Positions 18,701-27,122 of a DNA stretch of 64,000 bases are shown piece after piece. Source of the DNA: a virus (taxonomy: Duplodnaviria > Caudoviricetes); the IMG/VR virus record IMGVR_UViG_3300025150_000002, positions 1 to 64,000 of that record, one strand, 5' to 3'. The notes under the pieces are model-generated. The model searched no databases. It was not told the origin of the DNA and saw nothing but the letters and a program-made list of their open reading frames with translations. A program made the translations under genes and the position numbers. The stretch's first letter is position 1. The number at the start of each line of letters is the position of its first letter.

Positions 18701-19041
18701 TCATGACGCGCGTTGAGAAGTATGCCGGGGCCGACGCGATGAGGGAGGCGAGGGCGACGCCAGCCTACGGAATAGAGCTTCCATCAGCACGCCCTGAGCT
18801 CGTCGATGTTAAGGCTGCTGTCAGGGCGGCCCGCGAACGTGCGGCCCCAACTCCACCGGCTCCGGCTCCGGCTCCAGCCGAAAACCCGCTCGGTATGGGA
18901 ATCGGAGTGCAGGCCGTCAAGGACATGAACAGCATGACGCTCACCCTTCGATACGACACTACTCAGAAGGCGGATGACTTGTTTACGGTCAACGGACCTG
19001 ATCGACTTCAGCTCCCCATCTCGTTCGGAATGGGGTGGTAA
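15763..19041 (+). CDS. Tail tape measure protein
   Basis: 1092 aa, helical, with W/F-periodic repeats; sits between the chaperone and baseplate genes. Confidence 0.8.
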   Translation: MPRNPNYPIQGEFRGGRSIITNLNSIRNALDTTRLAATKTFAIDRQVKNLGIQMGYNAAQTTQMAETITGLSNVTGLSTDKTGELVNAMAAAGLSAGEFDSTLKNTTDTFGALSEGGAENLEMMAELIGRHKLSAAAVVRTNASLRNMGIGLKDLTNKVTVWQKNYQIPGMLAQMPQAVAFAEKSMISFKALLGVSAEKIIADTMKTGAIFAKVYGVDIGAAIQMAQQNQQHFLQQQATNADVFLGLSDSYSPLTNAMFEVGMQFEQIQALMKKGQEDPAAYAEQVLSMKKQLEATYGKGSNFVQRWYQQTLRASSEQAKMYLTEKDALKKYRDAQAEAARIAKTSQGVGGKAFEDMTRKFRAVGATVLETFHNLLTLGKTILGLTIADNLTKSFEGLHAWIKRVNTGVRRFSENFAQWMRDNPKIVSGVQQVIKAGVILGGLLGSLAGTATSLIIPFKTLEALLTRLPLIGGRASSVFGGIGKVFSTVANKILLPIGIIYAAIKAFDDFGKALKNPSLTGPEKLLNGVRAVFVGIVSAFDDLLMGIPTKIVKSFFPSMRGSLVDGVKRLFISLQAQMISSGGTASTTVFQQIQIWFGEKMDQIWAWMSTKLGGWRESAKEMGANVGRALGQLAKWAWDGIKWLFNPSNWKRGWDRVVRWFNGDGGPALNDSFTNIFLGIGTVISDFVVSARDEILGSFGTSWDEVWLRLQDFGDRFKEWTIWLKDVGVGHVKMAWLNIKDSVIDSMATVADKVLSGWAKIKEMSAKAADWILNFVIGPLVRGYAEIALGAAKSDYLANDDRAAWVEAQKLYSERMKIANRAPDAAAAAARISANEDALALLKTTKGAQAAIQKEREALLVNQGKAEAEYEDRRAERARAAASRLEEARQKARQTGDGIRARREAERTNAERLGAWADQLRGGFVARTEAIITSLHSEQSRATEAGNSRTATRLDGKIEDMRETLNHFKTLKNPDQMQELMTRVEKYAGADAMREARATPAYGIELPSARPELVDVKAAVRAARERAAPTPPAPAPAPAENPLGMGIGVQAVKDMNSMTLTLRYDTTQKADDLFTVNGPDRLQLPISFGMGW

Positions 19042-19347
19042 ATGGCAGTCAAGCGCAACCCCATCGGTCCACTTACCACCTCTTCGCTCCGACGCATCAA
19101 CGAGGTCTTTTTCTGGGCGCCGACTCGACCACGGTCGATCGCACCTCGCGACGATGATGAGGTCTACTCGATTCGCAGCCACGATCGTCTGGACAACATC
19201 GCTGCGGACCGCCTAAGCGATCCGCAGCTTGGCTGGGTGATCCTCCTACGCAACGACCTACGCCTGGTGCCAAACGACCTGGTTCCGGGACGCAAGATCT
19301 TCATTCCCACTCGCGAAAGTCTGCGAGTGAGAGGATTGATCTCTTAA
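19042..19347 (+). CDS. LysM-like baseplate/tail protein (P2 gpX / T4 gp53-like)
   Basis: YSIRSHDRLDNIAADRLSDPQLGWVILLRNDL...LVPGRKIFIP. Confidence 0.75.
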   Translation: MAVKRNPIGPLTTSSLRRINEVFFWAPTRPRSIAPRDDDEVYSIRSHDRLDNIAADRLSDPQLGWVILLRNDLRLVPNDLVPGRKIFIPTRESLRVRGLIS

Positions 19348-20969
19348 TGAGTTTAACCATCTCTCCTCTTCCAGATGACAGCGCATCTCCGACTGGTAGA
19401 GCTCAGCACGGTCAGCGGGACGTCGGCGACCTATTCTCGCCATTCTTTCGGGTGTCATTCAAGAATATCTCGAAGGCAGAGGCTGACGCGAACACAAACG
19501 AGACCGATGGCGCGGACCAACTGATCGCTGATCGTTTCGCGTCATCGGACGAGTTCCGGACGGACGGAACTGCGCTTCTGCCCCCCGAAGAGAACGCCGA
19601 GACCTTCAACCTCGACTCCAGGCTACTGCCCAAGACGGCGGCCAGCTTGAAGATTGAGTCAAAGTCCAGTGCTGCGCTGAGGTTCACGCTAACACTCACG
19701 CCGCCTTACGAAGATGGAATTCGAATCCTAAACAGCCGGCTGATCAACTTCGGAACACTAGTCAAGGTTCAGTGGGGTTACGCGGGTTGGGGGGCCGGCG
19801 CCAACATCCTCAGCGACATCTTTGTTTTCCGGAACAACTTTCCGCAGGCTGAGTTTGGCGAGGACATCAAGATCGTCATATCTGGGGACGATCTCACCGC
19901 GTCTGTAGGAACCCGCAACGCGGCCACACGAAAGTGGCTCTTCAGTGAGTATCCGAATGACTGCGCAATCGTTCGGCAGATCGTCGCACGTACTAAGGTG
20001 AAGCTGGATACCTCTGCAGTGCCGGCTGAGTCGAGTTTCCTAACCGGAGCCAACCGTCCAAAGCCGGAAACGGGAGGAGCGACACCGGACGCTGCCATAG
20101 AGCAGACCGTCAACGACTGGTCCTTCATAAGAAGGCTGTGTCACGATCACAGCCTCTCGTTCACATCCCAAGGGGTCGACTTCAAGATTTTCTCGCTGTT
20201 CGACGCGTCGACAGCTCAGAACTACTCCTATCGTCTGCTTTACCGTCGCAAGCCCGAGACAAAGCGCGACATCCCTGTCTCGAACATTCGGGGCAACATA
20301 ATGCCCTGGACCTTCCTGCCGGCAGAAGGGAGAGGTCTGGTTCAGTTCACGTTCAATGACAACAATCCGAGCGCGAGCCAGATCAAAAAAGAATCTCCGG
20401 CGTCGGGAACGAAACCTGGTCTCGCACCCGGCGGAGCCACTGGTGATGCCGCTGGAAAACCGAATAACGTGGTCAGTCTGGGCGGTGATGGAGATGGCGA
20501 ACAAGTCAATGATGAACAGGTGGGCTCGTTTACTGTTCGTCCTCGGCCGAACAAGTTCGAAGATAAGCCACCACTGCTCTCAGTACCATCTGGCGCCCAC
20601 AACGCCGAGGAAAAGCTGGAAAACGAGATCAATAAGATCCGAGCGTTCTCGAACCCAATGGTCGGGGTTGCGGCGCCCGGTGTAGTCGATCTGTGGCCCG
20701 GCATAACAGTCATGCTTGAAGGCACAAGCGACCTCTTCGACGGCCCCTACTTCGTTAGGGACGCTACGCACACCATTAGTAGTAGCGGCTACGACATGGA
20801 TTTGACGCTACTTCGACACACGATAAAGGGAGGTCTCGGCGAGAAGCCTGTAGCTAACCCTGTCACTCCGACGAGTGAGGGCGACAAGGATGAGGTTGAG
20901 TCTGCGGTGGAGGAGGACGGCAGGGCCGACCTCCTAGACTTCATAGACACGCTGCCAGGGCTTCGTTAA
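19347..20969 (+). CDS. Baseplate hub protein (gp27 / P2 gpD-like)
   Basis: Position between the LysM gene and the spike; QTVNDWSFIRRLC and PGITVMLEG...FDGPYFV...HTISSSGYDMDLTL are hub motifs. Confidence 0.7.
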   Translation: MSLTISPLPDDSASPTGRAQHGQRDVGDLFSPFFRVSFKNISKAEADANTNETDGADQLIADRFASSDEFRTDGTALLPPEENAETFNLDSRLLPKTAASLKIESKSSAALRFTLTLTPPYEDGIRILNSRLINFGTLVKVQWGYAGWGAGANILSDIFVFRNNFPQAEFGEDIKIVISGDDLTASVGTRNAATRKWLFSEYPNDCAIVRQIVARTKVKLDTSAVPAESSFLTGANRPKPETGGATPDAAIEQTVNDWSFIRRLCHDHSLSFTSQGVDFKIFSLFDASTAQNYSYRLLYRRKPETKRDIPVSNIRGNIMPWTFLPAEGRGLVQFTFNDNNPSASQIKKESPASGTKPGLAPGGATGDAAGKPNNVVSLGGDGDGEQVNDEQVGSFTVRPRPNKFEDKPPLLSVPSGAHNAEEKLENEINKIRAFSNPMVGVAAPGVVDLWPGITVMLEGTSDLFDGPYFVRDATHTISSSGYDMDLTLLRHTIKGGLGEKPVANPVTPTSEGDKDEVESAVEEDGRADLLDFIDTLPGLR

Positions 20970-20975
20970 ACCGCT

Positions 20976-22289
20976 ATGTTCGAACCAAACCCCATCGTTC
21001 AGTGGATCATCAACGTTAGCGAGCGTGGTCTGGAATACGCCGCGCGTCGCTATTACGGGCTCTACGGCGCGGTGGTGGAGTCGAATGACGACCCCAGGTC
21101 TCAGGGCCGCGTTTCGGCCCGAATAGGAGTGCTGGGCATCGGAACAGCTGACCGCGCCGGTAGATTCACCCCAGCGGTTCACTCAAAGATGCTCAAGCCG
21201 ATGTCCATCTACGCTGGTGAGGAGCACGGTCTCTACTTTCCGCCTGAAGACGGCGACATGGTTTACGTGTCGTTCGACCACGGAGACCCTCAAGCCCCTC
21301 GCTTTCACGGCAGCTGGTGGGGCAACCTAGACTCGTCGTTGACGGCGTCCGGATCACAGGTTCCGACAGAGTTCAAGGTGTCTGGTCCGCCGACTAAGCG
21401 CGGCATCAAGACCAAGTTCGGCCACGGGCTCGTCTTCAGCGACGATCCTCAGGATCCGTTCGTCCAACTGTGGAGCGGCAAGCAGGACGGAGCTCAGGGA
21501 ACTGAGGCAACCAAGCAGCAGAGGGTTACGCTCGCCAATGAAGGCGCGACGACCAAAAACCAAGGTGTCTACGTTGATACATTCTACGGACACAAGGTCC
21601 ACCTGGACGACGTCGAGAAGACAGTTCTGATCTCTGGTCTGAGCGCTGACCCAGCTGGGGAGGTGGCAAACTCGATCAAAATCGATGACACCGCTCAGAA
21701 GGTAACCATCAAAACCAGTAACCCGGTCCCCCAGACGATCGTTCTCGACGGAACCACTGGGAACATCGATATCATAAGCCCAGCCATCATCAACGTAACG
21801 GCGCTGGGCGCCATGAACTTGACGGCTACGGGTGCGATCACCATGGCCGCAGCTGGAGGTATAGCCACGGGCTCTGGGGCGGTGCCTCCGGCCCCAGCAA
21901 TACCAGGTGCGTCGGTCGAAACGGGCGTCGGTACAAAGCTCATCAACTTCGCCGGTGTCGTCACGGAAACCCTGGCCGGTTTCATTCAGAACGTGGCGAC
22001 CTCCATCTCTATTACGACGCCCATCTTTACCATCAACGCCCCTGTAGCGGTCATCGGACCGCCGGGGATCGGAATCACCCTCCTCGGTGGGCTGGTGACT
22101 ATCGGGAACCCCGGTACTGCTCAGCAGGTGACAAACGCGCAGCTCATTGAGTTCCTAAAATCACACACACATATTGGAAACCTCGGAGCTCCGACGCCGT
22201 TGTCGCCTGCGTCCACACTACTGCTCCAGGACCCGTCTAACCCCGCCTTGCCGAACCCCCTCTACGTCACCCAGACAAAGATGATCTAG
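20976..22289 (+). CDS. Baseplate spike (gp5/gpV/VgrG-like)
   Basis: OB-fold YGAVVESNDDPRSQGRV...YFPPEDGDMVYVSFDHGDP, beta-helix repeats, and an apical HTH (SHTHIG) metal-binding motif. Confidence 0.85.
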   Translation: MFEPNPIVQWIINVSERGLEYAARRYYGLYGAVVESNDDPRSQGRVSARIGVLGIGTADRAGRFTPAVHSKMLKPMSIYAGEEHGLYFPPEDGDMVYVSFDHGDPQAPRFHGSWWGNLDSSLTASGSQVPTEFKVSGPPTKRGIKTKFGHGLVFSDDPQDPFVQLWSGKQDGAQGTEATKQQRVTLANEGATTKNQGVYVDTFYGHKVHLDDVEKTVLISGLSADPAGEVANSIKIDDTAQKVTIKTSNPVPQTIVLDGTTGNIDIISPAIINVTALGAMNLTATGAITMAAAGGIATGSGAVPPAPAIPGASVETGVGTKLINFAGVVTETLAGFIQNVATSISITTPIFTINAPVAVIGPPGIGITLLGGLVTIGNPGTAQQVTNAQLIEFLKSHTHIGNLGAPTPLSPASTLLLQDPSNPALPNPLYVTQTKMI

Positions 22290-22291
22290 CT

Positions 22292-22660
22292 ATGGCCAGA
22301 ATCAAGGGAGTTTCGGTTCCGTTCAAGTTCACCCGCCGGGGTTATCCCGAGTCGTGCGTAGACGAAAAGTGCCTACACGACTCGATCTTCAGCATTCTGA
22401 GCACAATCCCTGGCGAAAGAGTAATGCGGCCCGAGTTCGGGTCTTACCTTCGAGTCCTTCTGTTCGAGTCGATGTCTCGCGCCACAGGGTTTAGGGCGAG
22501 GGCTGAGGTGTTTAGGGCTATTGGCGCCTGGGAACGACGAGTGGCCGTCCAAGACGTACTATTCGAACTGAACGATACAACGATAATCGTCCATGTAACA
22601 TGGAGGTCTGGCGGAAACCTTGAGGCCAGGACAACTCTGGCGTTGCCGAGGGTGGCGTAA
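22292..22660 (+). CDS. Baseplate wedge protein, gp25/GPW-like
   Basis: ILSTIPGERVMRPEFGS.L..LLFE...WERRV. Confidence 0.88.
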   Translation: MARIKGVSVPFKFTRRGYPESCVDEKCLHDSIFSILSTIPGERVMRPEFGSYLRVLLFESMSRATGFRARAEVFRAIGAWERRVAVQDVLFELNDTTIIVHVTWRSGGNLEARTTLALPRVA

Positions 22661-22662
22661 CT

Positions 22663-25227
22663 ATGAGCATCGAACTTAGCCCAACAGCACGTCAGATTAT
22701 CCGATCAACCTTCTTCGGCAAGGATTTCGACACCCACCGTCAAGAGATCATTGATGCGCTGAATTCAATCTTCGGATCAGACGTGGTCTCGAACATCGTC
22801 TCGTCAGAGCAAGGCGTTGTTCTGACTGAGATGAACGCATACGCGCTGTCGACCCTGTCCTGGTATGGTGACCGTCAGGCGGACGATACGACCCTGCAGT
22901 TCGCGCGGCTCCGATTTGCAGCCGTGACCATTGCCCGACAGCTTGGATACAAGGCCACTTCGTCAGTGCCAGCTGTCGTCGACGTGCGCGTCCAGCTCAC
23001 GAGCGCGCCAGGAGTCCAGCTCACCATTCCGAAGGGTCAACGAGCGTCTGGTCCGGACGGACTGGTCTTCGAAACCCTGGCTGACGTGGTTTTCGACCAG
23101 GGACAGGTCGGGGCGGGAACCCCTGCCGGTATGACCGTCACCTCTTTGGCGGTCGACCCATCCACTCCGGCCACGGTTTATCTGGCCTCCAACAACGGTG
23201 TCCTAAAAACGACATCGTCCGGCGCTCTTTGGAGCTCGGCGAGTGCCGGGCTGACCATCGCCAATGTCGTCGACATGATCATTGATGTTTCAGCCCCGTC
23301 GACACTCTACGCATGCACCATCACGTCCGGGGTGTTCAAGACGACGGACGCGGCGGTCTCTTGGACAGCGTCTAACTCGGGGCTAACCAACCTGAAGACG
23401 ACGGCAATTGCTATTGACCCGATCACGCCTACTGTTCTCTACGTCACCACCAACGCTGGTGGAGTCTACAAGTCGATCAATGCTGGAACTACTTGGTCGG
23501 CAGTAAACGGCGGCATAACCGACTTCGTTCTCCAAACGGTCTCAATCAACCCTGTGACGCCGTCCATTGTATACGTGGGCGGTTACAGTGGCGGTGTCTA
23601 CAAGACAATCAACAGCGGCCTGTCGTGGACCACAGCTAACACCGGGCTGGCTAATACAAACGTCACCGTGCTCGCTATCGACCCAGTCACCCCAACCACC
23701 ATTTACGCTGGCACGGCGGGGGGAGGAGTCTACAAGTCGGTCGACAGTGCGACCACCTGGGTCCCTGTGAACAGCGGCCTGACGGGGCTGTCGATCACCG
23801 ACATCAAGATTGACCCGGTGACTCCAACAATCGTCTACGCCACATCGTCGGATGGTGGTGTCTTCAAGACGATCAACGGCGGAACGAGCTGGGCCGCAGC
23901 TCAGACCGGGCTAACCCAGGTAGCCACAACTGCAATCGTGATCGACCCGACAGCTTCCACTGTGCTCTACGTAGGAACAGCTGAAGGTGGCGTGTTCACC
24001 TCAGTGAACTCGGCCTTTACGTGGGCCGCGACAAACAACGGTATCGACGACCCGATCCGTACAGTTCAGATGCGGGAAGGCCAGACCCTTACGGCCACGT
24101 TCCGTAGCACGGGAAATCAGTTCCAGACCTACGAGCTCTCAACTCCCGGAGCGTTCACGATCTCTCAGGACTCACCATCGGTCAGTGTCGGCGGCATCCT
24201 CTGGCCTGAGGTGAAGCTCCTAACCTATGATCAGGTCGACCAGGTCGAGATCGAGTATGGACTTTCTCCGCCTAGAGTGATCTTCGGCGACGGTATCGCC
24301 GGAAATATCCCGAACAAGGACGCGGAGATCAAGGTCACCTACTTCGTGACCTCGGGGACGCTAGGTTCTATCGCCTCCAACACCATCGGGAGCTTCATCG
24401 GACCAATCATTGCCGGAACTACTCCGATTGGAACAGTTCTCTCTAACGCTAGCCCGTCGACACCTGGCTCAGATCCTGAGTCGATCACCAGTATCCGAAT
24501 CAACGCTCCTCAGGTCTTCCAGGCGGGCCAGCGAGCCGTAACAGCGGCCGATCTCACTGGTTGGATCAACTCTTTCGTCGACCCGGTTTACGGCGCTGTA
24601 ACGAAGGGTCGGGCCACATCCCCGCGATCGTCCGCCGCTGATGCTGAAGCTCAGAGCATTCTGGGCAACCTGGTGGCGTTCGGTGTACCGTCTTCGATCA
24701 CGAGCAGGTTTGAGGGATACATCGACACTATTCTGTCGTCAAATTGCGCGGCCAACGTCGTCAACGCCCAGATTTTGTCATCAGATTCAATTGGTCGTTA
24801 CGTGGCCGCGCCGGCTGGCCTCGCCAGGAACCTGGCGACGTTCCTGAACACCATCACGGAAAGCACCGTGGAGGCTGTTGTCACCGACGGATCGGTTAAC
24901 CTGCTCTCTGTAGATGCGTTTATCGACATCAAGGTCATCAGCACCATCACGAATGACGCGCTTCGTAACTCGATTAAGGACAACGTCCGGAATGTGATCC
25001 AATCGCTACTTCTGGGCCGTGACTTCGGAGACTCGCTCCGAATCGGAGACGTCTACCAGGCGGTCGAGGATGTCGAGGGTGTGGATTACTCCAATGTCAC
25101 TCTGGTGGTGAGAAACAACATCGGAGACGATATCAGTGTCGCGCGTCTGAACGAGTTCAGCGGCCTGGTGATCCAGGACTACGAAGTCATAACAATGGGC
25201 GCCACTCCATCTGTAGAATTCCTGTAA
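22663..25227 (+). CDS. Baseplate J / gp6-like wedge protein with an inserted 7-blade beta-propeller
   Basis: KDFDT...ARQLGYK N-terminus; DPESITSIRINAP...RAVTAADL and VYQAVEDVEGVDY J-like segments; seven ~44-aa repeats at 23131-24045. Confidence 0.82.
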   Translation: MSIELSPTARQIIRSTFFGKDFDTHRQEIIDALNSIFGSDVVSNIVSSEQGVVLTEMNAYALSTLSWYGDRQADDTTLQFARLRFAAVTIARQLGYKATSSVPAVVDVRVQLTSAPGVQLTIPKGQRASGPDGLVFETLADVVFDQGQVGAGTPAGMTVTSLAVDPSTPATVYLASNNGVLKTTSSGALWSSASAGLTIANVVDMIIDVSAPSTLYACTITSGVFKTTDAAVSWTASNSGLTNLKTTAIAIDPITPTVLYVTTNAGGVYKSINAGTTWSAVNGGITDFVLQTVSINPVTPSIVYVGGYSGGVYKTINSGLSWTTANTGLANTNVTVLAIDPVTPTTIYAGTAGGGVYKSVDSATTWVPVNSGLTGLSITDIKIDPVTPTIVYATSSDGGVFKTINGGTSWAAAQTGLTQVATTAIVIDPTASTVLYVGTAEGGVFTSVNSAFTWAATNNGIDDPIRTVQMREGQTLTATFRSTGNQFQTYELSTPGAFTISQDSPSVSVGGILWPEVKLLTYDQVDQVEIEYGLSPPRVIFGDGIAGNIPNKDAEIKVTYFVTSGTLGSIASNTIGSFIGPIIAGTTPIGTVLSNASPSTPGSDPESITSIRINAPQVFQAGQRAVTAADLTGWINSFVDPVYGAVTKGRATSPRSSAADAEAQSILGNLVAFGVPSSITSRFEGYIDTILSSNCAANVVNAQILSSDSIGRYVAAPAGLARNLATFLNTITESTVEAVVTDGSVNLLSVDAFIDIKVISTITNDALRNSIKDNVRNVIQSLLLGRDFGDSLRIGDVYQAVEDVEGVDYSNVTLVVRNNIGDDISVARLNEFSGLVIQDYEVITMGATPSVEFL

Positions 25228-25245
25228 GGGATTGGGTAGATAGAC

Positions 25246-26106
25246 ATGGCAGATCTCACCCCACAAAAGGAGAAGCGACGTAACCACTCATTGGTTCAGG
25301 CGGAATCCCTTGTTGGTAGGAAATTCGGAGAATATACCGTCATCCGCCTTGAAGAGCCCAGAGTTTACGATGCTCGTGGTGCCTATATCCGCCGTTATGT
25401 TTGTCGGTGTTCCTGTGGCGGTGAGAGGGCGATCGCGTCGAGCACTATAAAAGGTCGACCGCCTTACTCGTGCATCAAGTGTCGCAGGTCTCGAAACCTA
25501 AGACCAACTGAAGATTTCCGGGCTGCCAGGTGTCGCTACTCTAAGAAGAACCTGGAAACCCTCGCAAAGGTAGAGATAGCAGTTGGTGCGAAAATCGGCT
25601 GGTTTACCGTCATCACCGAGATAAAGAGTAAAACCAACCAGAAATTGTGGCGTTGTCGCTGTGAGTGCGGGCAGGAGGTGATCAAGACTCCATCTCAGAT
25701 TCGCTATTCGACAACCACACGCTGCAGGACATGTTCCGATCGTCGAAAGACGATGCACGTAGAGGTGAGCGCCTTGTCTCACGTCATCAATGGTTACCGT
25801 CAACGGGCCAGACGGCGAAACCTGGTGTTCGAGTTGTCACGAACTGTTGTGCTTCAACTCATTCAATCAGGATGTTCCTACTGCGGCGAGGCCGCGAGTA
25901 ACACCTACAAAAAGCCGAGCACAGGCGAACTCTACCATTACAACGGAATCGATAGGGTTAACCCTGCAGAAGGCTACATCGTCGATAATGTTGTCACGTG
26001 TTGCAGCAGCTGTAACGTCGCTAAGCTAGACCGCAGCAGGGATGAGTTTGTGGCCCATGCGAGGCGTATCACTGAGCACCTAAGTGTGGTGGAGACAAGG
26101 ATTTAG
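25246..26106 (+). CDS. Free-standing HNH homing endonuclease
   Basis: Two CRCxCG modules, then CSYCG...NGIDRVN...GYIVDNVVTCCSSCNVAK; inserted between baseplate genes. Confidence 0.85.
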   Translation: MADLTPQKEKRRNHSLVQAESLVGRKFGEYTVIRLEEPRVYDARGAYIRRYVCRCSCGGERAIASSTIKGRPPYSCIKCRRSRNLRPTEDFRAARCRYSKKNLETLAKVEIAVGAKIGWFTVITEIKSKTNQKLWRCRCECGQEVIKTPSQIRYSTTTRCRTCSDRRKTMHVEVSALSHVINGYRQRARRRNLVFELSRTVVLQLIQSGCSYCGEAASNTYKKPSTGELYHYNGIDRVNPAEGYIVDNVVTCCSSCNVAKLDRSRDEFVAHARRITEHLSVVETRI

Positions 26107-26108
26107 GT

Positions 26109-27122
26109 ATGTCCGAGCTGACGCCACAAAACCAATATCCAATCCCGAGCGAATACGAGGAGCCCTACTTCGCATCGGCCAAGTCCTACTTCTTGGCGAC
26201 CGACATGGCCGACTGGTCGCTCGCGGAGAAGGACAACCTCATTTGGTCTGGTGGTGGTTCGTTCTCGTGGAACGGCACTACAGGATCACTGACGTGGGCC
26301 GCACCAGTCGAGCTCCGAACTAAGACCACGGTCTGGAAGGCCATAGTACAGGGTCCGCCTTCTCCGGGCGGGGTGGTCGTGCTCCAGGATGGTGAAGTCG
26401 CCTTCTTCGCCCACCCACGCCTGCAAATCGACGATAAGGTCGTCTCGCTGGTAGTTGGTCCGGTCACGCTGATCCCTGGCGTACGCCTTCACGACATCAC
26501 CATCTTCGCGGCCCGCGTCGGAACGACTGTCTTCTTCGCAGATGGAAAGTCGCTCAAGGACGGCGAGTCTGGCGAGATCTTCGGCGGCGGCACAGGGTCA
26601 GTAGTTCAGCCCCACGAGCACCAGCCAGCGAAGGTAATCGAGCCGCCCGGAGCTGGTACAGCCGTCCTCGACCTGAACATCATCAGCTTCTCTCCGGCTA
26701 ACCTCAAGAGGGTAAGGCTTTACCGAAACGGCGAGCTGCAGAACGATCCGGCCGACTATACGGTCGACACGGGAACCGGTCTGATCACGCTCGTGGTTCC
26801 AACGGTTAGGCCCAATCTATTTGAACCGGATCCAGAGCGTTTCACGGCGTTCATGGAGACGAACCCTCCGATCATCACGACCGGTGATCACGCCCACATG
26901 GCTCCGCGAATCGTCGAGCCTCTGGCCGGCACGTTCCAGATCGACATGCTGGTAACCGCGCTTGATTACCCTGCGCTCCAGCGCATCGAACTGCACCGAA
27001 ACGGCTCTGTGCTCTCTGAGCCTGATGACTACACGCTCGACCTCAATGCAGGACTGGTCAATTTGGTGCTGCCATCTGCGTCCGGCGAGCGTTTCATGGC
27101 GTTCCGAGAGGTTCAGTACTAG
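26109..27122 (+). CDS. Tail/baseplate structural protein
   Basis: Within the baseplate operon; two (Y/H)RNG...DY modules and HxH motifs. Confidence 0.6.
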   Translation: MSELTPQNQYPIPSEYEEPYFASAKSYFLATDMADWSLAEKDNLIWSGGGSFSWNGTTGSLTWAAPVELRTKTTVWKAIVQGPPSPGGVVVLQDGEVAFFAHPRLQIDDKVVSLVVGPVTLIPGVRLHDITIFAARVGTTVFFADGKSLKDGESGEIFGGGTGSVVQPHEHQPAKVIEPPGAGTAVLDLNIISFSPANLKRVRLYRNGELQNDPADYTVDTGTGLITLVVPTVRPNLFEPDPERFTAFMETNPPIITTGDHAHMAPRIVEPLAGTFQIDMLVTALDYPALQRIELHRNGSVLSEPDDYTLDLNAGLVNLVLPSASGERFMAFREVQY

